UHGV virus genome: UHGV-0114973
Length of the DNA stretch: 18,293 bases
Reading direction: 5' to 3' (one strand)
Origin: a virus
The notes beneath the pieces are model-generated. The model was not told where the DNA came from. It ran no database searches and saw only the letters and a list, made by a program, of their open reading frames with translations. Below, one piece after another: positions 9,136 through 16,656 of the stretch (the first letter of the stretch is position 1; each line of letters starts with the position of its first letter). A program made the translations under genes and the position numbers.

Positions 9136-11397
9136 TCATGTTATGTTGCCATATGTTGCTGATGATACCTGATTTATCACAGCGGAAGAACCTGAACCTT
9201 TACGTATACCGTTTACATCAGCTGACATTAGTGCCGGTAAGGTTACTTTAGAACTCCCGCCTGCATATCCAAGATTACCCGCTGTTGTACCAGAAGTCCT
9301 AAGGCCAGTTATTAGGAGAGAACCGGCGCTACAAACAAACCCAGAGAAAGGTGCTGCTGGTATACCTTGAATATTAACCAGATCTAAATCTGCAACAGTG
9401 TAATTGCAATTTGAAATTAATGCAGGTATCAAAGACCCATAAACACCTAAACGTAAGCGTACATTAGATGATTGGTTCTTTAGCACCGCAACAGCCGTTT
9501 CAGTGGCGGAAGAGCCTGTCACGTTGTAAACATTGAAATCCAACTTCAGAGGCGCTCCTGGCTTACCCGCAAAACCAGTTGTCGAATCATCAATAAGTCC
9601 GTAATTAACGTTCATTACGTTACCCTGAATTACTCCAGTTGCCCCAGATCCTGGTGAAGCAGGGTTGAACGCAATGGCCCTGTAAGTAACTACGGTAGAT
9701 GATGACTCACCGTTACCTTTAATATTAACATTGGTAATTGAAACTCTGTTATCTATTGTACCAAAGTAAATAGGAGTCGCCGGGCAGGCCTTACTCTCCA
9801 AACCACTAAGGGTTACAAGGTTTATGCCAGTCTGTGTAATCAAAGCGGGCCATGCTGGTATATAATTACCAAATGCTAAATCGGACACCTGGTTAGAGAA
9901 TCCTTTAATAATGGTGCCATTAGACACGCATGAGCTAAAGGCCACTCCGTTCACGCAGTGCTCAACCAATAGATTGCCGAAAAAATGGTCAATAAGTGAC
10001 TCAAACTGGATACCAACACCGCCTCGCCTGACACCATTCGCGTCTGTACGAAGATATTTAAACCCAGCAGACCAAATATCGTATGTATAAACACTATCAG
10101 AGCTGGAGATTAAAAGACCAGCACCAGTGCGTCCCGCCCATCGGGCGTCACCTGTAGCATTAAAATCGTAAAATGTAACTTTAAATCCTTGAAATGTGTG
10201 CATCTCTCCGCTCATGTCACTAAATTCAATCGCGGCATTGCTTTCTTCTGAAGGATTTGTCAGCACAATATAAGACAATCCCATCCCTGCACCAATCATT
10301 CCTCCGCCATTTTTGTTGTAACGAATCGTAGAAGGTGACGTAACGCGATACCATAACTTAAGATGGCTATCTATTCTGTATTTTCCCGGTGAAAGTAGGA
10401 TATATGACTGGAAATACTCGGATTGATAATAGCTGCCAGCAACTACCTCCACGTTAAATTCACCACACGTCGCATGCCATGCTTTATGGAACGCGTCAGT
10501 GCAGTCAATGCTTGAAGCTAACTCATCATAAGTGTTAACTGTTTTTGCTCCGAACCATTCAGGTCTAACAGGTCCCGTTGGAACTTTCACAGATGGTACA
10601 GTTAGATAATTGGCGATAAAATCATCTTCTGTGTCAAATATTTGATAACAACCAGCATCAATTTCTGCATTAAATTTAACGACTGCACCGTTTCTTATTT
10701 TTAATACTGCACCATGAATAAAAGTAACAGGAATATTAAATGTAATGTTTGAATTTATAAGATATGTACCGGGGACAAATACGACAGGATTGCCAGATGA
10801 CGAAAGATTTTCTAGAGCGGCATTTATCCCCGGCGCATCATCAGTGACACCATCACCAGTGACATTAGCCATATCTTTAATTGATATATGCTCAGATAGC
10901 CAATCGTGAACAGTCTTAATTTTAGAACCGTTTATTGGTTGCATGGTTGCTATAAGTGAGTCGCCAAAACCGTCAGCATCTGAACTTAAATTAGCACGCA
11001 ATGAAGCATCACCAACACTAACCCATCCACCAAGACCAATGCCACCAGCAGTTTCCGGAGTTGAACCAGTATCAACTGTTTTAGGAAACTCGCCATCCCA
11101 GCGGTAATATTCACCAGTTGCTTCGTAACGCAATACCTGATTAGGTAATGTAAGTATCGCACCATCTTCGAAGCTATCCATCGTTATATAGCCGACCTGA
11201 GATATAGCCTGATTGTACAGGGTTTCTAAACCATCAAGTGTCTTGTTGGTCACTGATTGACCACGGATCGTATCGGTAACATCCAACGCGTGTTTACCGT
11301 TTTCATCACGACTTTTTGCAACGTGTTCAATATGTAAAATCGCTTGTTTGCCTGTTTTCAAATCATCAGCACTGATATAATCGTTACAGTTAGCCAT
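9136..11397 (-). CDS. tailspike protein, probable polysaccharide depolymerase with a right-handed beta-helix
   Basis: Start taken at the ATG 11397 (MANCNDY...) with GGAGA 7 nt upstream, rather than the TTG at 11424. After an N-terminal module of about 190 aa comes NVTGDGVTDDAPGINAALENLSSSGNPVVFVPGTYLINSNITF, the hallmark start of pectate-lyase-type beta-helix tailspikes. The remainder is Gly/Ser/Asn/Thr-rich. Confidence 0.8.
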   Translation of the reverse strand: MANCNDYISADDLKTGKQAILHIEHVAKSRDENGKHALDVTDTIRGQSVTNKTLDGLETLYNQAISQVGYITMDSFEDGAILTLPNQVLRYEATGEYYRWDGEFPKTVDTGSTPETAGGIGLGGWVSVGDASLRANLSSDADGFGDSLIATMQPINGSKIKTVHDWLSEHISIKDMANVTGDGVTDDAPGINAALENLSSSGNPVVFVPGTYLINSNITFNIPVTFIHGAVLKIRNGAVVKFNAEIDAGCYQIFDTEDDFIANYLTVPSVKVPTGPVRPEWFGAKTVNTYDELASSIDCTDAFHKAWHATCGEFNVEVVAGSYYQSEYFQSYILLSPGKYRIDSHLKLWYRVTSPSTIRYNKNGGGMIGAGMGLSYIVLTNPSEESNAAIEFSDMSGEMHTFQGFKVTFYDFNATGDARWAGRTGAGLLISSSDSVYTYDIWSAGFKYLRTDANGVRRGGVGIQFESLIDHFFGNLLVEHCVNGVAFSSCVSNGTIIKGFSNQVSDLAFGNYIPAWPALITQTGINLVTLSGLESKACPATPIYFGTIDNRVSITNVNIKGNGESSSTVVTYRAIAFNPASPGSGATGVIQGNVMNVNYGLIDDSTTGFAGKPGAPLKLDFNVYNVTGSSATETAVAVLKNQSSNVRLRLGVYGSLIPALISNCNYTVADLDLVNIQGIPAAPFSGFVCSAGSLLITGLRTSGTTAGNLGYAGGSSKVTLPALMSADVNGIRKGSGSSAVINQVSSATYGNIT
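11373..11381 (+). promoter_or_regulatory. candidate extended -10 promoter (TGaTATAAT) for the lysis genes, inside the tailspike 5' coding region
   Basis: TG at 11373-11374 and a perfect TATAAT at 11376-11381, about 40 nt upstream of the ATG at 11424. No good -35 element. The divergent start codons are only 26 bp apart, so a promoter must lie inside a neighbouring gene. Confidence 0.25.
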
Positions 11398-11423
11398 CTT
11401 TAAGTCTCCAGGAGTGTAGAACA

Positions 11424-11702
11424 ATGTCTGATAACCCGGTGTTGAGGTATTGGCCTATAATAGCATTTGTTGCCACGGGGTTGGTAGGTTACGGGGTAAC
11501 TCAAAACCAAATCAATTCTAATGAAAAAGATATTGCAGATGCAAAAACCTATGCGCATGAGGCGCTTAATCTGGCAAAACGAGTGGAATCCCGAGTGGAT
11601 GTTCACGACATCAAAATCGAATATCAGGCCACACAGAACGCTGAAATCCTCACCAGTGTTAAAGAGCTAACACAGTCAACAAATGAAAGCGGAACAACGT
11701 AA
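11424..11702 (+). CDS. small single-pass membrane protein, lysis-associated (holin or antiholin candidate)
   Basis: 92 aa. One N-terminal hydrophobic segment (WPIIAFVATGLVGYGV) followed by a charged helical region. AGGAG 9 nt upstream. Immediately precedes the endolysin gene. Confidence 0.4.
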   Translation: MSDNPVLRYWPIIAFVATGLVGYGVTQNQINSNEKDIADAKTYAHEALNLAKRVESRVDVHDIKIEYQATQNAEILTSVKELTQSTNESGTT

Positions 11703-11717
11703 AACCGGGAGTAAGCA

Positions 11718-12125
11718 ATGAGTAACTTTAAATTCAGTCAGAGAAGTGAAAATAATCTGAAAGGGGTTAACCCGGATCTTGTGAAAATCGTGCGTCGGGC
11801 ACTTCTGTTATCACCCGTTGATTTCGGTATCACAGAAGGTTTACGAACTGTTGAACGACAACGACAACTGGTTGCGGCAGGTAAGAGGCAGACGATGAAC
11901 AGTAGCCATATCACGGGTCATGCTGTTGATGTGTTTGCCTACCCTACATCAGCCGGGTCATGGGAATGGAAATACTACGAACAGATCGCCACTGCATTTA
12001 AACAGGCTGCAAAAGAACTGAATATTCCTGTTGAATGGGGCGGTGACTGGAAAACACTGAAAGATGGTCCACACTTCCAGTTACCATATGCGAAATATCC
12101 GGCGCGAGATAACAATCATGGATAA
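11718..12125 (+). CDS. endolysin, L-alanyl-D-glutamate peptidase (peptidase M15 / VanY-like)
   Basis: 135 aa with SHITGHAVDV and a following Asp/His pattern matching the zinc-binding motifs of T5-type M15 endolysins. GGGAG ribosome-binding site. Followed by holin and spanin genes. Confidence 0.85.
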   Translation: MSNFKFSQRSENNLKGVNPDLVKIVRRALLLSPVDFGITEGLRTVERQRQLVAAGKRQTMNSSHITGHAVDVFAYPTSAGSWEWKYYEQIATAFKQAAKELNIPVEWGGDWKTLKDGPHFQLPYAKYPARDNNHG

Positions 12126-12348
12126 GTTCAGCATTTTACGTAACACAACCGGAGGGATCTCTTTAAGCCGCGCACAAGCGGCTTTAGGCTTCCTCGTGGT
12201 AACAGGGATTCTGATTTATCAGGCCGTGGACCGCACACTTGATGATACAGTGCTGTTAACCTATTTCGGTTTCTGTATAGGTCAGTATGTTGGTGCTAAA
12301 AAAATCGCTGTAGATAAACAACGAGGTACGCCAAATGACAACCCGTAG
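12118..12348 (+). CDS. putative holin (two predicted transmembrane segments)
   Basis: Start taken at the ATG 12118 (MDKFSIL...), which overlaps the endolysin stop (ATGGATAA). 76 aa with hydrophobic segments AALGFLVVTGILIY and LLTYFGFCIGQYVG. Confidence 0.5.
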   Translation: MDKFSILRNTTGGISLSRAQAALGFLVVTGILIYQAVDRTLDDTVLLTYFGFCIGQYVGAKKIAVDKQRGTPNDNP

Positions 12349-12733
12349 TGTGTTAATCACCGTTGTTGCAACTGTTCTGGTATTAGGCGCTGGTGCGTAC
12401 ACGTGTTACCACGCGGGATATAAAGCACGGGCAAATGAAGAACGTCAGGAACGTTTAGAGGATGCACAACGGGAACAACAACGGTTAAAAGCACAACAGG
12501 AATTGGCTGATGATGTACTTCGTGGTTTAGCTGACTGGTCGCAGAATACTAAAATCGTGGAAATACGACATGAAAAGACTAATACTGTTTTTCGTAACGA
12601 GTGTCTTACTTCTGAATATCAACGCTTGTACAACGAACGAGTTACCGAAGCAGAAGCCCGTTTATCAGGCCGCATTAGTTCAGAAGTGTCAGACCGAAAA
12701 CCTTCCACGGCTGAACGGTCTGACAGGAAGTGA
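12335..12733 (+). CDS. i-spanin (Rz-like inner-membrane spanin subunit)
   Basis: 132 aa. N-terminal transmembrane segment (VLITVVATVLVLGAGAY) followed by a charged coiled-coil periplasmic region. Contains an out-of-frame o-spanin ORF. Confidence 0.65.
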   Translation: MTTRSVLITVVATVLVLGAGAYTCYHAGYKARANEERQERLEDAQREQQRLKAQQELADDVLRGLADWSQNTKIVEIRHEKTNTVFRNECLTSEYQRLYNERVTEAEARLSGRISSEVSDRKPSTAERSDRK

Positions 12734-12818
12734 TTCAACAGATGTTAATGACCAGTGGTTAGATATTTATTTCAAATGTGCAACTATTCACAACGCATTA
12801 GTAGACAGTCTTCAGTAA
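12570..12818 (+). CDS. o-spanin (Rz1-like outer-membrane lipoprotein), overlapped arrangement
   Basis: 82 aa starting in the +1 frame inside the i-spanin gene and running 85 nt past its stop. Signal peptide MKRLILFFVTSVLLLNINAC with a lipobox-like Cys, though Asn at position -2 is atypical. Confidence 0.65.
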   Translation: MKRLILFFVTSVLLLNINACTTNELPKQKPVYQAALVQKCQTENLPRLNGLTGSDSTDVNDQWLDIYFKCATIHNALVDSLQ

Positions 12819-13031
12819 ATCTTCAACCGATACTTCAATCCACGATGCGGGAACCGGATATTCAGTCCGGTACATGAACAAGGATGTTCCTATCAACCCG
12901 TGTGGATCTGTTTTAATCCCTCGCATGTTCAACAATGGAAAAAACTGTTCGCGTGTTTGTGGCAATCTTGCAAAGCGTCCTGTCGGGCGTTTAGCAGGAT
13001 CCATAGGGTTGAATTCAACGATTGTGGACAT
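12798..13031 (-). CDS. hypothetical protein (77 aa), last gene of the minus-strand operon
   Basis: ATG at 13031-13029 with AGGAG 8 nt upstream. Overlaps the Dam-like gene's 3' end by 17 nt and the o-spanin 3' end convergently by 21 nt. Confidence 0.4.
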   Translation of the reverse strand: MSTIVEFNPMDPAKRPTGRFARLPQTREQFFPLLNMRGIKTDPHGLIGTSLFMYRTEYPVPASWIEVSVEDLLKTVY

Positions 13032-13536
13032 AACAATAACTCCTGTACGCTTGTCTTTTTATTTTCTGATAGTCGGAAACTTTTACAGATCTTGTTTTAC
13101 ATTCACCAATACGATGTGGGTCGAAAATAAACATCATCTGTGAACGGTCATTTCCTCCTGCTGGTAACCCGGTGTCAGGGTCTACAAACGCTATACGGCC
13201 TTTAAACACCCATAGTTCCGAACAATGTGTCAGTGCTTTGTGAAACCAGTCTGCAGACGTCATAGCGTTCACGAGTAATAACGAACCAGTTCCCTGATGA
13301 ACAGTGGTTATTATTTTATTAACCCAGGGAGACGGATCGCTATACGGTGGGTTGCACCAGACGAACCCACCACCATTACTTTGAACAATCGAATGCCAGT
13401 CTTTATTCAGACTATCAGTGATAAATAACGAACATTTAGCGTTAGAACCATCGGTACACACATCAAGAACAAGTGGGAATTCACGAGAAACGTTATCAAT
13501 AAAATCCCACGGTGTTTCCCAGTTGTCTTTAGCCAT
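13015..13536 (-). CDS. phage Dam-like DNA N6-adenine methyltransferase (orphan)
   Basis: Motifs WETPWDF, LDVCT, the catalytic CNPPYS (the N6-adenine methyltransferase DPPY-type motif) and WFHK. Start taken at the ATG 13536 (MAKDNWETPWDF) rather than the TTG at 13596. No restriction enzyme partner is visible. Confidence 0.8.
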   Translation of the reverse strand: MAKDNWETPWDFIDNVSREFPLVLDVCTDGSNAKCSLFITDSLNKDWHSIVQSNGGGFVWCNPPYSDPSPWVNKIITTVHQGTGSLLLVNAMTSADWFHKALTHCSELWVFKGRIAFVDPDTGLPAGGNDRSQMMFIFDPHRIGECKTRSVKVSDYQKIKRQAYRSYCYVHNR

Positions 13537-13882
13537 GTTCCGGTACGCTCTCCACACTGTAATAAACGGGGATGCCCAGACGTTCAGCTTCTGCAATTTC
13601 TGCTAGCGTACCAGACGAACGACGATAATCAGGAAGCACCAGAACAGCGTCACAGCGGCGCATAATTTCTAACGTACCTGATAGGTAGTATTCAGGTTGT
13701 ATATTGCGTAAACCGCCGTCAAAATCCCACAATTCGGTGTTCTTGTGAGGAATAACCGGGAACCATCCCGGACGTTGTAAAGCCAGTCGTTTACCTGCCT
13801 GTTCAGCGCGTGACACGTTACGGGATGTTTTAAGCGCACAATCAGCACGATAAGGCCCGGCAATGTAACAGAGTTTAATCAT
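13529..13882 (-). CDS. nucleoside 2-deoxyribosyltransferase-like (NDT / DUF1937-type fold) protein
   Basis: Start taken at the ATG 13882 (MIKLCYIAGPY...) with AGGAAA 6 nt upstream. N-terminal YIAGP motif and a later D...SSGTLAEIAEAERLGIPVYY segment match my recollection of the two signature segments of the deoxyribosyltransferase / Rcl-type Rossmann fold. Overlaps both neighbours by 8 nt. Confidence 0.6.
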   Translation of the reverse strand: MIKLCYIAGPYRADCALKTSRNVSRAEQAGKRLALQRPGWFPVIPHKNTELWDFDGGLRNIQPEYYLSGTLEIMRRCDAVLVLPDYRRSSGTLAEIAEAERLGIPVYYSVESVPEHG

Positions 13883-14210
13883 GGTTGTTTTCCTGCATCT
13901 GTAAGAACACAATCATTGCGGCACGGAGTGGGTTAGCGTGAGAACAATAAATTGTAGGTTCGTTAATCATATCCCAACCACATTGATCAAATTCAAAATC
14001 ACCCCAGGCTAACCATTCGTTTTCATTAGTGTCAAACGCAATGCTAATCTTATTTTCAATAATAATCGGCATTGCGTCTGTAGGGTTATTGCAGTAATCA
14101 ACTACTTGATTCACCAGTTCCAGACGATGTTCGTGTGATGGTTCACCGTATAATTTACGACTAACCATTGCGTTGATTGAAATATCACTTAAAACACTGT
14201 AATCAGTCAT
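13875..14210 (-). CDS. small strongly acidic protein (111 aa), DNA-mimic / anti-restriction candidate
   Basis: ATG at 14210-14208 with GAGGGAA upstream, overlapping the previous stop (ATGACTGA). I count about 18 Asp+Glu against 5 Lys+Arg, so the predicted pI is near 4. No recognisable catalytic motif. Confidence 0.5.
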   Translation of the reverse strand: MTDYSVLSDISINAMVSRKLYGEPSHEHRLELVNQVVDYCNNPTDAMPIIIENKISIAFDTNENEWLAWGDFEFDQCGWDMINEPTIYCSHANPLRAAMIVFLQMQENNHD

Positions 14211-14739
14211 GACGATTCATTCCCTCTAACATGTCCCAGATAAGCGCAACACGGCGCGGATCCGTGCTGATAGTGTGTAAAGTTTCACACCCGTAATGCC
14301 ATCCCCAGCGAACGGATAGTTCTGACAACAGGTAACCACGGGAATTAGCCAGCTCAGCCAGTTCACCGGGTTTAAATGTCGTTGTATTAGGTTCTGTAAG
14401 AACACGAGTACCACAGATAGCGTCACTGATGCGCCACGGTTTCATCAGGTCATCAACCTTATACCAGTTACTGATACTGATTTCAGACGTTCCCCAGCGT
14501 GCAGCCAGTTTCAGACGTTCCTGACGGGCCGGGAACATTGGCATCTGTGGTAAACGCAGTTGGATCTGTTCTGCAGGTTCAAACATGTCGTCGTCTGTTA
14601 AACGAAATTCACCACGGTCATCAATATAAAAACCACGGGAACGACCATCACGGGTGAACCCGTCAACACGGTTGTAAATTTTACCGGGAGTAAAGACACC
14701 AATCGGTGAACCAGCTACAAATTTGTGTGAAGTATGCAT
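14203..14739 (-). CDS. hypothetical protein (178 aa)
   Basis: ATG at 14739-14737 with GAGG 8 nt upstream, 39 bp downstream of the PolB stop. Coding-quality ORF translationally coupled to the next gene. No family recognised by eye. Confidence 0.5.
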   Translation of the reverse strand: MHTSHKFVAGSPIGVFTPGKIYNRVDGFTRDGRSRGFYIDDRGEFRLTDDDMFEPAEQIQLRLPQMPMFPARQERLKLAARWGTSEISISNWYKVDDLMKPWRISDAICGTRVLTEPNTTTFKPGELAELANSRGYLLSELSVRWGWHYGCETLHTISTDPRRVALIWDMLEGMNRHD

Positions 14740-14778
14740 TGTTATCGCCTCAATAAGTTTTAAATAATTCTATACGGT

Positions 14779-16635
14779 TTACCGAAGTGGTGCAACGAGT
14801 TTTTCAGCTTCTTTGATGTAAAAATCATAATTGAGCGTTGCCCGGTTAAAACGTTTCATGTCGTTACATTCCGTGGTCAACCAACCTTTGCACACGGACA
14901 TACGGCGCTCAGGCGCGTCAGGGTTCAGTTTCAGTGATTTTGCCAGCGGTGGCATGACTTTTGTCAAAGGTGCACCATCTGTACTGACGTAATAACGGGT
15001 AATGTTCTGAACCTGTTTATCACCCCATAGTAATTTGCTGTTACGTGGTACTTTCGTCACTAACATGAAATCGTGAATATCTTCGTGTGATGTTATAAAA
15101 TCACGAATGTCTTTATTGTGTACCAGTGCTGCTTCAGCCGCTTTTGCGACAACCTGCATACTGTGGTTTTGATGCCAACCCAGATCAACGCTGTGACAAT
15201 AAGCGCCTTTACGTTTAACTTTCTTACCGCCTTCGTAAACAGCGATGTAATTATTTACATCGCGGATAAACATCACGTCATAAATTGCTTCTTCAAGCTG
15301 GAGTCTGGTTAATTTTTCCCACGCGTGACGAACCTGTTCTACTTGTCCGGTAAACACTCGTGGCACGTAAACCGTAAGACCATCTGTGTTAGCCTGGATC
15401 ATGGACAAACCAGGGATTTTCAGAAGTTCTTCAGCCAACATACACAAAAGTAACTGTCCGTTAATCGTAATAGCCATTGTGTAAGCAGGATCGTAGAATG
15501 GACTGTATACGTTATTACTGTCACCATACACACCGTTTAACGCCAGTTTTAACATTGCATTTTCTGGTGTACCTTTCGGGTAACTGGAACGCATGTCGTA
15601 AACATTTTTATAAATGGTGCAAAATTGTTTTCCCAGATGTGCCGGATAAAGTTCATTACTGATCGCAAGGTTCGGATAAAAACTGGCAACGTCCAGATCG
15701 ATGATCACATAATTTTCAGTGGACCTGATAGTTTGAGACTCAATAGACCCGTGGATACCACCCGTACCAAAATCAAACGAGAACCCGTTAATGTCTGCGC
15801 TTAAATCTGTGAATACACCTTTTGTTTCAGTGATAACCTGTTGACGTAACCAGTTAAGAACACGATTAAATTCAGGCTGTTCAAAACGGACATAAGGGAA
15901 AATCACACTGTTCAATGCGATTGATGGTCTGTGCGTCTGTCGTGGTTTTCTGCTACCCGGTTCGAAACATTGAATACCTGATTTTTCAAGTTCCATGATG
16001 AAATATTCTTTACCGATTTTCGTGTCGTTATGGTTCATGAAATTACGACCGTATTTAGCAGAAAGTTCACGACGAAAATCTATCAGCTTTTTACTGTGTT
16101 TATAAAACATCAAAGTCGCTTTCAAATCGTGCATCAGATATTGACGAAGCGTATCAATTTGAGAATCGGTTAAATAAGTCCCTGGCGTAAACGGAAGGTC
16201 TTCAATGTTTTCCATTCTCATATTGAATTCAAGTGTTTTCAGACTTGTTCGTTTTGCCTGATTGTCGAAATGATGAATTTTATACAAATCAAGCTGGGGA
16301 ACTATCCAGTCTTTTTCCCACACCATATGAGCAAAACGATTTTCATCACCAGCGTTAATTATTGAATCACCTTTTTTATAAATGTCTGCGTTGGTGATAT
16401 ACATGATGTTGTTCAAAATAGAATGCTGAACAGGATAGTCGTAACCCAGATTGTTATAACCAATTTCTTCAGCACGATGTTCACGCAAATATTCTGTGAA
16501 CAGGTAAAAAGCCTGACGATCATCGCGACGATGTGAAATCTCAAAAATATAAGGCGTTTCGGTTAACGCGTGAATAGCACCGAACAGAAAAACATTAGGA
16601 TAGTTTTCAATATCGTGAACGTAAGCATCTGACAT
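14779..16635 (-). CDS. compact family-B DNA polymerase with a 3'-5' exonuclease domain
   Basis: 618 aa. Exo I D8-I-E10; Exo II N62-L-G-Y-D66; Exo III Y166-L-M-H-D170 (spacing close to phi29 DNA polymerase); motif A D315-V-A-S-F-Y-P (Dx2SLYP-type); motif B K363-L-A-L-N-G-V-Y-G (Kx3NSxYG-type); motif C N416-T-D418 (an NTD variant of DTD). Motifs are only 48 and 55 aa apart and no TPR-like insertions are evident. Confidence 0.7.
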   Translation of the reverse strand: MSDAYVHDIENYPNVFLFGAIHALTETPYIFEISHRRDDRQAFYLFTEYLREHRAEEIGYNNLGYDYPVQHSILNNIMYITNADIYKKGDSIINAGDENRFAHMVWEKDWIVPQLDLYKIHHFDNQAKRTSLKTLEFNMRMENIEDLPFTPGTYLTDSQIDTLRQYLMHDLKATLMFYKHSKKLIDFRRELSAKYGRNFMNHNDTKIGKEYFIMELEKSGIQCFEPGSRKPRQTHRPSIALNSVIFPYVRFEQPEFNRVLNWLRQQVITETKGVFTDLSADINGFSFDFGTGGIHGSIESQTIRSTENYVIIDLDVASFYPNLAISNELYPAHLGKQFCTIYKNVYDMRSSYPKGTPENAMLKLALNGVYGDSNNVYSPFYDPAYTMAITINGQLLLCMLAEELLKIPGLSMIQANTDGLTVYVPRVFTGQVEQVRHAWEKLTRLQLEEAIYDVMFIRDVNNYIAVYEGGKKVKRKGAYCHSVDLGWHQNHSMQVVAKAAEAALVHNKDIRDFITSHEDIHDFMLVTKVPRNSKLLWGDKQVQNITRYYVSTDGAPLTKVMPPLAKSLKLNPDAPERRMSVCKGWLTTECNDMKRFNRATLNYDFYIKEAEKLVAPLR

Positions 16636-16656
16636 AATAAAACCCTGATAAGTAAA

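Noticed and set aside
8682-9172. ORFs 8699..8890 and 8909..9172 on the plus strand and 8682..8915 and 8686..9048 on the minus strand
   Set aside because: The only frame with recognisable protein similarity here is the ssb frame. These ORFs are in other frames or antisense and lack ribosome-binding sites.
11400-11606. Minus-strand ORF 11400..11606 (68 aa) and the TTG-initiated tailspike extension to 11424
   Set aside because: The ORF is antisense to the first lysis gene with no ribosome-binding site. The tailspike ATG at 11397 with GGAGA upstream is the better start.
13537-13912. TTG-initiated 5' extensions of the Dam-like gene (to 13596) and the NDT-like gene (to 13912)
   Set aside because: In-frame ATG codons at 13536 and 13882 have better-placed ribosome-binding sites and give the 8-nt gene overlaps seen throughout this operon. 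The extensions add no conserved residues.
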